Assembly: GCA_963848445.1 (NCBI GenBank)
Contig: CAWKDT010000020.1
Coordinates: 261,703-325,702 of the forward strand
Length of the DNA stretch: 64,000 bases
Direction: 5' to 3'
Source of the DNA: Candidatus Dormiibacterota bacterium
GTDB taxonomy: Bacteria > Chloroflexota > Dormibacteria > Aeolococcales > Aeolococcaceae
Shown one piece after another: positions 47,582 to 56,799 of the stretch. Position 1 is the stretch's first letter. Each line of letters begins with the position of its first letter. The notes under the pieces were generated by a model. That model saw nothing but the letters and a program-made list of their open reading frames with translations, was not told the DNA's origin and made no database searches. Made by a program: the position numbers and the translations under genes.

Positions 47582-47815
47582 ATGGAACCTGATCGACTGT
47601 TCGTGATGCTCGACCCGGCCACGGATCAGATCGTCTCGATGTGCGAAGGCCCCACCGACGACGGGCGCTGCCCTCGCACCGACACGCCGCCGTACCTCTG
47701 CCAGGGGCTGCACCTCGTCGGTGCGCACGGCACGCCCGAGTACCGCGTGTCCATGACGGTGACGGAGATGGTCCCCGGCCGCTGCCCGCTCGCCTTCATC
47801 GACGAGGCCCGCTAA
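47582..47815 (+). CDS. small hypothetical Cys-containing protein (77 aa) in the position where glnB is usually found
   Basis: ORF only; 4 Cys (C21, C30, C40, C68); no family recognised. Confidence 0.25.
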   Translation: MEPDRLFVMLDPATDQIVSMCEGPTDDGRCPRTDTPPYLCQGLHLVGAHGTPEYRVSMTVTEMVPGRCPLAFIDEAR

Positions 47816-48624
47816 CCTCGGATCGTCGCGAGCCCGAGGGTGCCCTGCCGCGCGCGCCGGTCGGCGCGCCAGCACCCTGCACGCATCGGCACGGGGATCG
47901 CATCCTCACCCGAAAACCACGTGCGCAATGCCTGCCGCGCGCGACCCAGCCCGGCGGCACGTGCGGCCGGGTCAGCCATGATCACCCGGCTGTGGGTCGC
48001 CAGCGCGTCGACGAGGTCGTCGATCGTCATGGTGACGGTGAAGGCGAACGATCTCGCCTCCACGTGGTTGAAGGGCGCGTCCCCGGGGAGCAGCAGCCCG
48101 GTCATCTGCCGCCGCAGGACGGCAATATCGGCATTCGCCGGCGGGTGCTCGGGCGTGGCGATTCGCAGCCGGTCGAGCTCCCGTATCCAGCCCACCTCAC
48201 GGTCGCGGCCGGCCCACACGACGCCGAACCGCCCGTGATCGCGGAGGACGCGCGCGACCTCGGGGAGCGCCCGGTCCGGGTCCATCCAATGCCAGGCGGA
48301 GGAGACGAGCACCGCGTCCTGGGACGCGTCGGGCAGCGGAATCGCCTCTGCACGCCCGTCGATGGCGCGCACCCCCGGCGTGCGAGCGATGAGCACCGCT
48401 CGCATCCGGTCGTCGGGTTCGACCGCGGTGACGTTCGCGACGCTGCCGGCGAGCGCCCGCGTGAACAGTCCGGTGCCGGCTCCGAGATCGACCGCGCTCT
48501 CGCAGTGCCGCGGCAGCAGCCACCTGACCGCAGGCGGCGGCGGTGCGGTACGGAGCCGGTCGTAATCTTCGGCGATTGCCCCGAACGACGTTGCCAGCGG
48601 GTCGTCACGAGCCACGCGACCCAT
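47812..48624 (-). CDS. class-I SAM-dependent methyltransferase
   Basis: Motif I VDLGAGTGLFTRALA and post-I/II acidic residues; ATG 48624. Confidence 0.7.
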   Translation of the reverse strand: MGRVARDDPLATSFGAIAEDYDRLRTAPPPPAVRWLLPRHCESAVDLGAGTGLFTRALAGSVANVTAVEPDDRMRAVLIARTPGVRAIDGRAEAIPLPDASQDAVLVSSAWHWMDPDRALPEVARVLRDHGRFGVVWAGRDREVGWIRELDRLRIATPEHPPANADIAVLRRQMTGLLLPGDAPFNHVEARSFAFTVTMTIDDLVDALATHSRVIMADPAARAAGLGRARQALRTWFSGEDAIPVPMRAGCWRADRRARQGTLGLATIRG

Positions 48625-48640
48625 GGTATGCAGTCCGCCG

Positions 48641-49781
48641 ATGAACGATCTCTTCGATCGGACCGCATGGGTGCTCGACCCGGAGACCCTCCACCTCAAC
48701 CACGGATCGTTTGGCGCGGTCACCAAGGTGGTGCGGCGCGAGCAGGATCGATGGCGCCGCATTGCTCAGGCGAACCCGAATGGGTTCTTCACGCGCGTGC
48801 TCGTCGACGCCCTGGACGCGGTGCGCATCAGGGTCGCGGATTTCGTCCGGGCCGATCCATCGACCCTGCTGCTGCAGCCCAACGTGACGTGGGCCGTATC
48901 GACGGTGCTGGCGTCGTTCCCGCTCCGGCCCGGGGACGAGGTGCTCATCACCGATGACACGTACGCTGCGGTTCGCGCCGCCGCGAGCGACACGTGCGCG
49001 AGGAGCGGCGCGCAGCTGGTGCAGGCGGCCCTTCCCGCATTCGACGAGCGCGATGCCGCGGACATCGTCACGGCGCTGGAGGACCGGCTCACGGCGCGGA
49101 CGCGCCTCGCCATCGTCGACCACATCACATCGCCGACCGCAACGCCGGTCGACCCGTCCGCCATCGTCGAGCGCTGCCGCGCCAACGGCACCGCCGTGCT
49201 CATCGACGGAGCGCACGCACCGGGGATGCTCAGCCTCGACGTCCGCGCGATCGGCGCGGACTTCTACACTGGCAACTTCCACAAATGGTGCTGCGCACCA
49301 TGGGGCTCCGCGTTCCTCACGGTGGCGCCACCGTGGCAGGACGCCCTGCGGTCCGCGGTGCCCGGATCGGAGGCACACCAAGGGTTCCCCGCCGGCCTGG
49401 AGTGGTGGGGCACCGCCGACTACTCCGCGCTGCTCGCGACGCCGTTCGCCCTCGACGTGCTCAAGGAAGTCGGCGTCGAGGCATTGCTCCAACGCAACAT
49501 CGCGCTGGTCAACCAGGGGGCGGCGCTCGTCGCCGCAGCTCTCGGACAGCCGGCCTCCCGCACCGAGCTCGATCGCCATGACGTGCCTCTCACTGCCGCG
49601 CACCATGGCCTGGGACGCCGAGAGCGCTCGCGCGCTGCGCCGGCGTGTTGCCGATGACATCGGCGCGGAGATCATGACGACCATGGCACGTGGCAGCGCC
49701 GTGCTGCGGCTGTCGGCTCACGCGTACAACCGCCTCGACGATTACGAGCGTCTCGCCGCCGACCTGAGCGCGCTGCGGTGA
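48641..49781 (+). CDS. class-V aminotransferase (isopenicillin-N-epimerase/cysteine-desulfurase-like) with apparent 1-nt frameshift near 49610
   Basis: LNHGSFGAV … FYTGNFHKWCCAPWGSAFL; C-terminal 55 aa (DAESARALRRRVADD…YNRLDDYERLAADLSALR) are in a different frame from the body. Confidence 0.6.
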
Positions 49782-49788
49782 GGTGACG

Positions 49789-50838
49789 TCACTGCGCCAG
49801 GCGCAGCAGCCCGATGATCCCCACCGCATAGAAGGCGACCGCCACGATCGAATCCGGCCCCAGGCGCCTCGGCCGTGACGGCCTGACGATGACACCACCG
49901 ACATAGATGGCGGTGAGTGACAGGCTCAGCGCCGCCAGCCATGCGTTGGCGATCCCGGTGCTCGGCAGCGTCGGTTTCGCAGCGACGAGATCCGCGATCA
50001 CGAAGAGGCACAGCTGGAATGCATTGCCGCCGAAGACATCGCCCATTGCAAGCTGATGGTCACCGAGACGGACGGCCTCGATGCCCGAGCTGATCTCCGG
50101 GAGCGCTGTTGCGAGCGCCAGCACCGTCGCACCGAACACCACACCGTCGATCCCTGCGCGATGTGCCAGCTCGCTCCCGGTGATCTCGAGCACGACTCCC
50201 GCAGCAAGTGTCACGAGCGACGCGACGACGAAAACCGTGACGACGCGCGCCGTCGAGTGCGTCGCGCGCGACGCGTCAGCGACAAGATGACGCACGCGGC
50301 GATGCGGGCGACCGGGTTGCGCGCCCTCCATCACCACCTTCCACCTCGGATGCGCGCGCACGCGATTGAGCACCCACACGCCAGAGACCCAGACGGCGAC
50401 GATCACCAGCGAGGCCGGGCTGACCCGGCCGCCGATCGTCACCGAGGTGGGGAGCAGCGCACCCATCAACACAGCCGCCACCGTCAGCACCACGAGCAAC
50501 CCCTCGAGCACCGGCACCAGCGACCCGACGAGATACGTGAGCGGTCGTGGCGCGAAGAGGTCGCAGATGACGAGCACCATCGTTGCGGTGGCGATGCCGC
50601 CGATCAGGTTTCCCGCCGCAAGGTCGAGATGACCCGATGCAGCCGCGGAAATCGTGATCGCCAGTTCCGGGAGGCTGCCCGCGATTGCGAGGAGCACCAT
50701 GCCCCCGAGCGCGTCACCGATTCCGAGCCGCCGGTCGAGCTCGTCGGTCGATCGGGACAGCTCGATGCCCGCTGCCCAGGTGGCGGCGGACGCGACGACG
50801 AAGAGGCCCACGACCAGCAGGACCGGCAGCGAGGACAT
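49789..50838 (-). CDS. CaCA-family cation (Ca2+/Na+ or Ca2+/H+) antiporter-like membrane protein
   Basis: Two α-repeat motifs (GDALGGMVLLAIAGSLPELAITISAA; GATVLALATALPEISSGIEAV); ATG 50838. Confidence 0.65.
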   Translation of the reverse strand: MSSLPVLLVVGLFVVASAATWAAGIELSRSTDELDRRLGIGDALGGMVLLAIAGSLPELAITISAAASGHLDLAAGNLIGGIATATMVLVICDLFAPRPLTYLVGSLVPVLEGLLVVLTVAAVLMGALLPTSVTIGGRVSPASLVIVAVWVSGVWVLNRVRAHPRWKVVMEGAQPGRPHRRVRHLVADASRATHSTARVVTVFVVASLVTLAAGVVLEITGSELAHRAGIDGVVFGATVLALATALPEISSGIEAVRLGDHQLAMGDVFGGNAFQLCLFVIADLVAAKPTLPSTGIANAWLAALSLSLTAIYVGGVIVRPSRPRRLGPDSIVAVAFYAVGIIGLLRLAQ

Positions 50839-50845
50839 CAGCGGG

Positions 50846-51532
50846 TTAGCGCCAGCGATTCGGCCGGGCGGCGAAGCGCGTGATCGCTTCTGCGATGCGC
50901 TCCTCGAGCGATTGATAGAAGAGATGGCGCTCGTCGCGGTCGATCGTCGAGTCGAAGGGCAGGCCTTCGCGACGGCGCGCGATCCAGGGTGGGATCTCGT
51001 CCGCCACCACGTCGGCGCCGACTGTGACGTGCACCAGCGCATCGTCCTCATCGGAGATGTGCACGGTCACCTTGAGCACGATCCCCGTGCTTTCGACGAT
51101 CCGCCAGCTGCGCTCCCAGCGCGACGCGCGGGATCGGTCGCGGGCAAGACGAACCGCGTCGTCGACGACGACGCTTTCGCCTGGGCGGGCTGCACCGGCG
51201 AGCATTGCGCGGATCTTCTCGTCCAGGTCGCGCGAGACCCAGTTGACCAGTGATGGTGTGCGGTCGTCGATGTCCGGGAGTCCGTTGGGATCGAACGCCG
51301 CTTCACCGATCGCCTGAATCGTGCTGGCGTGCCGTCGGCAGTACGGGACACCGGCGACGGTCACCCGGTGATCCGGACAGAACACCGCGTCGCATCCTCT
51401 TCCCCGGCGGTCGCGATATGCGCATGGGAGCGCGGTGTCGTTCAGACACCCGGGCATCCCGCACCTGATCCCGGTGGACACCGGCTCGGCCTCAACCTCT
51501 TCCTGACGGCGGCGGCGGAAGAGGCTGCTCAT
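50846..51532 (-). CDS. hypothetical protein with N-terminal Cys/His-rich (zinc-ribbon-like) region
   Basis: CGMPGC…C…C…CDAVFCPDH…CRRH cluster in the first 70 aa; divergent from the sigma-70 gene. Confidence 0.4.
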   Translation of the reverse strand: MSSLFRRRRQEEVEAEPVSTGIRCGMPGCLNDTALPCAYRDRRGRGCDAVFCPDHRVTVAGVPYCRRHASTIQAIGEAAFDPNGLPDIDDRTPSLVNWVSRDLDEKIRAMLAGAARPGESVVVDDAVRLARDRSRASRWERSWRIVESTGIVLKVTVHISDEDDALVHVTVGADVVADEIPPWIARRREGLPFDSTIDRDERHLFYQSLEERIAEAITRFAARPNRWR

Positions 51533-51720
51533 CGTCGGCGCTCCACGGTGCGCCCATCCTACGCCCGGGTGCGTATTCGCACCTGCGTCGGGCGGCCGAT
51601 CTCCTTTGCAGAGCGGGCTCTTCGGCGCCGCGATGTTTGAGAGTGCCGAGCCTCAGGTACCGTACGAAGGTGCAGACCCCGAGCGGGGCGATCCGAACAC
51701 GTACTCACCCTGGGGTCGTC

Positions 51721-52827
51721 ATGACAGCGAACGCGCGAGTGACAGCGGCTCCCTGGAGAGCGGACGATGAGCTCGTCAGTGCCGCTGAGATCCTGATTCT
51801 CCGTGGCAAGGAGCTCGGTCACCTCACGCCCGACGAGATCGTGCAGGGCCTCCCTGCCGTCGAGGCCGACCCGGATCAACTCGAACGCGTCTTCCGGGCC
51901 TTCAGAGAGCTGGGGATCGAGGTCGGTGACGGCGAGGGGGACGTCGTCGACGGCCACGAGCCGGACGACCTGCTGGAGGCGGAACCCGCCGACACGTATG
52001 CGTTTGACGACCCGGTGAGGATGTATCTCAAGGAGATCGGTCGAGTCTCGCTGCTGCGCAAAGAGCAGGAGGTCGAGTACGCGATGCGCATCGAGCTCGG
52101 CGATGAGGAGGCGCGCGACAAGCTCACCGAGGCCAACCTCCGCCTCGTCGTTTCCATCGCCAAGAAGTACCTCGGCCGAGGGATGCCCTTCCTCGATCTC
52201 ATCCAGGAAGGCAACACGGGGCTGATGCGCGCCGTCGCGAAGTTTGACTACCGGCGGGGCTACAAGTTCTCGACGTACGCGACGTGGTGGATCCGCCAGG
52301 CGGTGACGCGAGCGCTCGCCGACCAGTCACGCACCATCCGCATCCCGGTGCACATGACCGAGGTCATCAACAAGCTCACCCGAGTGTCGAGGCGGCTGTT
52401 TCAGGAGCTCGGACGCGAGCCTGATGACGAGGAGATCGCCGAGGAGATGGGCCTCACACCGGACCGGGTGCGCGAGGTCGTGAAGATGTCGCGCGAGCCG
52501 GTGTCGCTGTCGAGCCCGGTCGGCGAGGACGGCGACGCCGAGTTCGGTGACTTCATCGAGGACAAGGACGCGACCACGCCGGTGCAGGCCGCCTCATTGA
52601 CCCTGCTTCGCTCGGAGGTCGAGGACGCGCTCGATTCCTTGACCCCGCGCGAACGCCGCGTGGTGCAACTGCGCTACGGCCTCGTCGACGCCCGCCAGCT
52701 GACGCTGGAGGAGGTCGGCAAGCGATTCGGGGTCACCCGGGAACGCATCCGTCAGATCGAGGCGAAGGCGCTGCGCAAGCTGCGCCACCCGTCCCGCAGC
52801 AAGCGGCTGACAGACTTCCTCGAGTAG
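51721..52827 (+). CDS. RNA polymerase sigma-70 factor, group 1/2 (HrdB/SigB-like)
   Basis: Regions 1.2–4 all present ([51 protein letters not shown], region 4 [15 protein letters not shown]…[20 protein letters not shown]). Confidence 0.9.
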   Translation: MTANARVTAAPWRADDELVSAAEILILRGKELGHLTPDEIVQGLPAVEADPDQLERVFRAFRELGIEVGDGEGDVVDGHEPDDLLEAEPADTYAFDDPVRMYLKEIGRVSLLRKEQEVEYAMRIELGDEEARDKLTEANLRLVVSIAKKYLGRGMPFLDLIQEGNTGLMRAVAKFDYRRGYKFSTYATWWIRQAVTRALADQSRTIRIPVHMTEVINKLTRVSRRLFQELGREPDDEEIAEEMGLTPDRVREVVKMSREPVSLSSPVGEDGDAEFGDFIEDKDATTPVQAASLTLLRSEVEDALDSLTPRERRVVQLRYGLVDARQLTLEEVGKRFGVTRERIRQIEAKALRKLRHPSRSKRLTDFLE

Positions 52828-52834
52828 CGCCGCC

Positions 52835-53131
52835 TCAGAGCAGGCGCTGCACCGCCCCCACTTTCCGCTGCATCTCGCCCGAATCATTCCCGGCGCGATC
52901 GTCGATCTTGATGACGGTGCTTGTGCGCCGCACGCCCGCCGCGGTGGCGAGAGTCTCGTGGCAGCGCGCGAGCATGGCGAACACCCGGTCGCGCGGTCCC
53001 TCAACCTCGGTCCCCATAGCGCCGAGGCGGAAGGACAGGCCGCTCTCCTCGATGATCCGGATGGCGGCGGCCACGTGCTTCGAGTACGAGCCGGTGCCGT
53101 CGTCGGGGGCGATGCTGAACCAGGCAATCAC
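52835..53131 (-). CDS. MTH1187/YkoF-family small ligand-binding protein
   Basis: GTG start after GGAGGG; 98 aa IAWFSIAPDDGTGSYSKHVAAAIRIIEESGL… ferredoxin-like ACT fold pattern. Confidence 0.55.
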   Translation of the reverse strand: MIAWFSIAPDDGTGSYSKHVAAAIRIIEESGLSFRLGAMGTEVEGPRDRVFAMLARCHETLATAAGVRRTSTVIKIDDRAGNDSGEMQRKVGAVQRLL

Positions 53132-53244
53132 GCTCAGGCCCTCCTGTTGCTGTCTGATGTCAAACAGAATGACGCGTGAGCTGATGGCGCGGCCCTCACC
53201 TTCCCCGGTACCCTCACGGTCCGAGTAACAATCTGGGAGCCGGC

Positions 53245-56200
53245 ATGCGCTGTTCGAACTGTGGCGCCGAGAACCGTCCTGGCAGCAAGTTCTGCTCGGA
53301 ATGCGGGACGGCGCTTGCCCGCACCTGCCCTTCGTGCTCGACCCCAGTCCGTCCGGACGCGAAGTTCTGCGACGAGTGCGGCGCGCCGCTGTCGGAGAGC
53401 GCGACGCCCGCGATGGCGCGAGTCGCGACGCCAGCGCCCGTGCTCGACAGCGCCACAACCGCGGAGCGCCGCCTCGTCTCGATCCTGTTCGCGGATCTCG
53501 TGGGCTTCACCGCGCTCTCCGAGAAACGGGACGCCGAGGAGGTGCGGGAGCTGCTGACCCGGTACTTCGACACGTGCCGCGCGGTGGTCACCCGGTACGG
53601 CGGCGTGGTGGAAAAGTTCATCGGGGACGCGGTGATGGCCGTGTGGGGCGCGCCCTCCGCTCACGAGGACGATGCCGAGCGCGCGGTGCGCGCAGCGCTC
53701 GAGCTGATCGAGGCCGTGTCGCTGCTCGGTGGCGAGGTCGGTGAGCCGGCGCTGCAGGCGCGTGCCGGCGTGCTCACCGGTGCCGCGGCGGTCACCTTCG
53801 GCGCCGACGCCCAGGGCATGGTGGCCGGCGACCTGGTCAATACCGCGTCGCGGATCCAGTCGGAGGCGACCCCCGGAGCAGTGCTCGTCGGCGACGCCAC
53901 CCGAAGCGCAACCGAGGCTGCGGTCGTCTACGCGGACGCGGGGGAGCGTTCGCTCAAAGGCAAGGCGGAGCCCGTGCGGCTCTGGCGGGCGCTGCGCGTG
54001 GTGGCGATGGTCGGCGGTAGGCAGAAGTCGGAGGGGCTCGAGGCGCCGTTCGTCGGGCGCGACCGTGAGCTGCAACTCATCAAGGATCTGTTCCATGCCA
54101 GCGCCGAGCAGCGCAAGGCACACCTCGTGTCGGTCGTGGGCATCGCCGGGATCGGCAAGTCGCGGCTGTGCTGGGAGTTCCACAAGTACATCGATGGCAT
54201 CGCCGAGCTGGTCTACACCCATCGCGGCCGGTGTCTGGCGTATGGCGAGGGCGTGACGTACTGGGCGCTCGCCGAGATGGTCCGGATGCGTGCCGGGATC
54301 ACCGAGGCCGAAGACTCCGCATCGGCGCTCGTCAAGCTGCAGGCATGTCTGGACGAGTTCGTCCCGGACGCGGACGAGCGCCGGTGGGTGGAACCCCGGC
54401 TCGCCCAACTCCTGGCGCTCGAGGAGCGCGCAACCCAGGAACGCGAGGACCTCTTCAGTGCCTGGCGGCTGTTCTTCGAGCGGCTCGCCGACCGGCATCC
54501 GACGGTCCTGGTCTTCGAGGACATGCAGTGGGCGGACACCTCGCTGCTCGAGTTCGTGGAATACCTGCTCGAATGGTCGCGCAACCACGCGATCTACGTG
54601 GTGACCGCCGCGAGACCGGAGCTCGTCGACCGGCATCCCACGTGGGGTGCGGGCAAGCGCAACTTCACATCGGTCTTCCTCGAGCCACTCGCGGCGACCG
54701 CCATGGAGCTGCTGCTCGATGGACTGGTTCCCGGGTTGCCCGACGAGCTTCGGGAGCAGATCCTGCAGCGCTCGGAGGGCGTGCCGCTCTACGCGGTGGA
54801 GACCGTTCGAATGCTGCTCGACCGGTCGCTGCTCGAGCGTGCCGGCAGCGTGTACCGGCTGACCGGCGCCGTCGAGGACCTCGAGGTCCCGCAAAGCCTC
54901 CACGGGCTGATCGCCGCGCGATTGGACGGGTTGCGACCCGAAGCTCGCCATGTGCTTCAGGACGCGGCGGTGCTCGGGAAGACGTTCACGGTCGCGTCGC
55001 TCGTGGCGGTGAGCGGTGTCCAGGCGTCCGAGTTGCAGCCGCTGCTCGCGGAGCTGGTGCGCAAAGAGGTGCTTTCCGTACAGGCTGATCCGCGCTCGCC
55101 GGAGCGAGGCCAGTACGGGTTTCTGCAGGATCTCGTGAAACGCGTTGCGTACGAGACGCTCTCGAAGCGTGATCGCAAGGAGAAACACCTTGCCGTGGCG
55201 GCATGGTACGAGCAGTCGTGGGGCGGCGAAGAGGGTGACGTCGTCGAGGTGATCGCCGCGCACTATCTGGAGGCGTACAACCTCGCCCCGCAGGACCCGG
55301 ATGCGGACCAGGTCAAGGATCGAGCGGCGGACGTGCTCTTTCAGGCCGGTGAGCGCGCTGCGTCACTCGCGGCCAACCTCGAGGCGGAGCGCTACTTCGA
55401 GCAGGCATCACTGCTGGTGCCCGATTCGGCGCGGCAGGCCGAGATGCACGAGCGCGCCGGGCAGATGGCCGCGCGCACCGGTCGCAACGCCGTCGCGACC
55501 GCGCACCTCGAGCGGGCGATCACCCTGTACGAGAGCGAGCATCTCCCGCATCCCGCTGCACGCGCGCTGTCCCGGCTCGGCATGGTCGAGGCGGTGAGTG
55601 GCCAGCTCGACCGCTCCATTCAGCGAATGGAGGGCGCCTTTGCGGTGCTCGCCAACGACACGCCGGACGAAGATCTCGCGTCGCTCGCGGTGCGTCTCGG
55701 GTCGTTGCTGCACTTCAAAGGCGAGACCGAAGCCGCGAGGATGCGCCTCGAGATGGGCCTGGATATCGCCGAGAGGCTCGGACTCTCCGAGCTCGTTTCG
55801 CAAGCGCTGAACGTCAGCGCGATGCTTGCCATGCAACGGCGGCACACCGAGGAGGCGATGGCGCTCTTTGCGCACGCTTTGAAGATCGGTGTTGACAACG
55901 ACCTCCCGACAGCCACGGTTCGCGCCCATTTCAACCTCGCGGACCTGCTGTGCCACCGTGACCGCTACTTCGAGGCGCTCGATCACTATCGGAGCGCGCT
56001 CGCACTCACCCGGAAGATCGGGGACCGATCATATGAGCGGAGCACGCTCGCCGAGCTCGCGTTCAATCTCGTGCGAGTCGGCGAGTGGGATGAGGCCGCT
56101 GAGTTCGCGGGGGGGCTTCCCGAAGATGAGGTGCGCAGCGCGCCGGCTGATGTCCTGTCGCTCCTTGCCTTCGGCGAGATGCCGGTCGAACGCGGTCATG

Positions 56201-56799
56201 TCGAGGAGTTCGAGCTCCTGCTGACATGGATGGCGCCACTGGCGTCGTCGGATGACTGGCAGGCAGGCTCATGCTTCCTCGCGAGCCGCGCGTGCTTGCG
56301 ATGCGCTGAGGGCAGGTATGGCGAGGCCCTGGAGGATGCCGAGGCCGCGATCACCCTCGCCGCCCGGCTGGGCGGTGCGAGTCACCAGAGCGTCAAAGCC
56401 GGCTACCGGGCGGCGTGCGAAGCCGCATTCGCGCTGAGCGACCTGACAAAGGTCGAGGAACTGCTGGTGTTCGTCGAGCGGCTCGGAGCGGGCGAACGGC
56501 CACCGTATCTCCATGCGCAGAAAGAGCGATTTCGCGCCCGGCTCGCCGCCATCAGAGGCAGGGCCGCCGATGTCGAACCGTCCTTCATCGAGGCGGAGGA
56601 AACCTTCAAGCAGCTCGGGATGCCGTTCTGGCACGCCGTCACGCAGATCGAGCACGCGGAGTGGCTGATCGCGCAGGGAAGGCCGGCCGCGGCGCAGCCC
56701 ATGCTCACCGAGGCCGGGAGGGTGTTCGAGCGCCTCAAGGCGCGCCCGTGGCTGGACCGGGTGCAGCAGACGGCACCCGGAGCGGTGACCGCTTCCTGA
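53245..56799 (+). CDS. multidomain adenylyl cyclase: double zinc-ribbon + class-III cyclase (CHD) + STAND/AAA_16 NTPase + C-terminal TPR-like helical array (paralog 1)
   Basis: CSNCGAENRPGSKFCSECG…CPSCSTP…CDECG; CHD with all catalytic residues (FADLVGFT, EKFIGDAVMAVWG, VNTASRIQSE); P-loop VVGIAGIGKSRL, Walker B VLVFEDMQWAD; about 600-aa helical C-terminus; no HTH. Confidence 0.85.
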   Translation: MRCSNCGAENRPGSKFCSECGTALARTCPSCSTPVRPDAKFCDECGAPLSESATPAMARVATPAPVLDSATTAERRLVSILFADLVGFTALSEKRDAEEVRELLTRYFDTCRAVVTRYGGVVEKFIGDAVMAVWGAPSAHEDDAERAVRAALELIEAVSLLGGEVGEPALQARAGVLTGAAAVTFGADAQGMVAGDLVNTASRIQSEATPGAVLVGDATRSATEAAVVYADAGERSLKGKAEPVRLWRALRVVAMVGGRQKSEGLEAPFVGRDRELQLIKDLFHASAEQRKAHLVSVVGIAGIGKSRLCWEFHKYIDGIAELVYTHRGRCLAYGEGVTYWALAEMVRMRAGITEAEDSASALVKLQACLDEFVPDADERRWVEPRLAQLLALEERATQEREDLFSAWRLFFERLADRHPTVLVFEDMQWADTSLLEFVEYLLEWSRNHAIYVVTAARPELVDRHPTWGAGKRNFTSVFLEPLAATAMELLLDGLVPGLPDELREQILQRSEGVPLYAVETVRMLLDRSLLERAGSVYRLTGAVEDLEVPQSLHGLIAARLDGLRPEARHVLQDAAVLGKTFTVASLVAVSGVQASELQPLLAELVRKEVLSVQADPRSPERGQYGFLQDLVKRVAYETLSKRDRKEKHLAVAAWYEQSWGGEEGDVVEVIAAHYLEAYNLAPQDPDADQVKDRAADVLFQAGERAASLAANLEAERYFEQASLLVPDSARQAEMHERAGQMAARTGRNAVATAHLERAITLYESEHLPHPAARALSRLGMVEAVSGQLDRSIQRMEGAFAVLANDTPDEDLASLAVRLGSLLHFKGETEAARMRLEMGLDIAERLGLSELVSQALNVSAMLAMQRRHTEEAMALFAHALKIGVDNDLPTATVRAHFNLADLLCHRDRYFEALDHYRSALALTRKIGDRSYERSTLAELAFNLVRVGEWDEAAEFAGGLPEDEVRSAPADVLSLLAFGEMPVERGHVEEFELLLTWMAPLASSDDWQAGSCFLASRACLRCAEGRYGEALEDAEAAITLAARLGGASHQSVKAGYRAACEAAFALSDLTKVEELLVFVERLGAGERPPYLHAQKERFRARLAAIRGRAADVEPSFIEAEETFKQLGMPFWHAVTQIEHAEWLIAQGRPAAAQPMLTEAGRVFERLKARPWLDRVQQTAPGAVTAS

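Noticed and set aside
53134-55263. 709-aa ORF on the minus strand
   Set aside because: Entirely antisense to the well-supported cyclase gene; Arg/Gly/Pro/His-rich with no motifs – a typical high-GC antisense artefact. The same applies to 59386..61257 (−), opposite cyclase paralog 2, and 57092..58129 (+), opposite the MFS gene.
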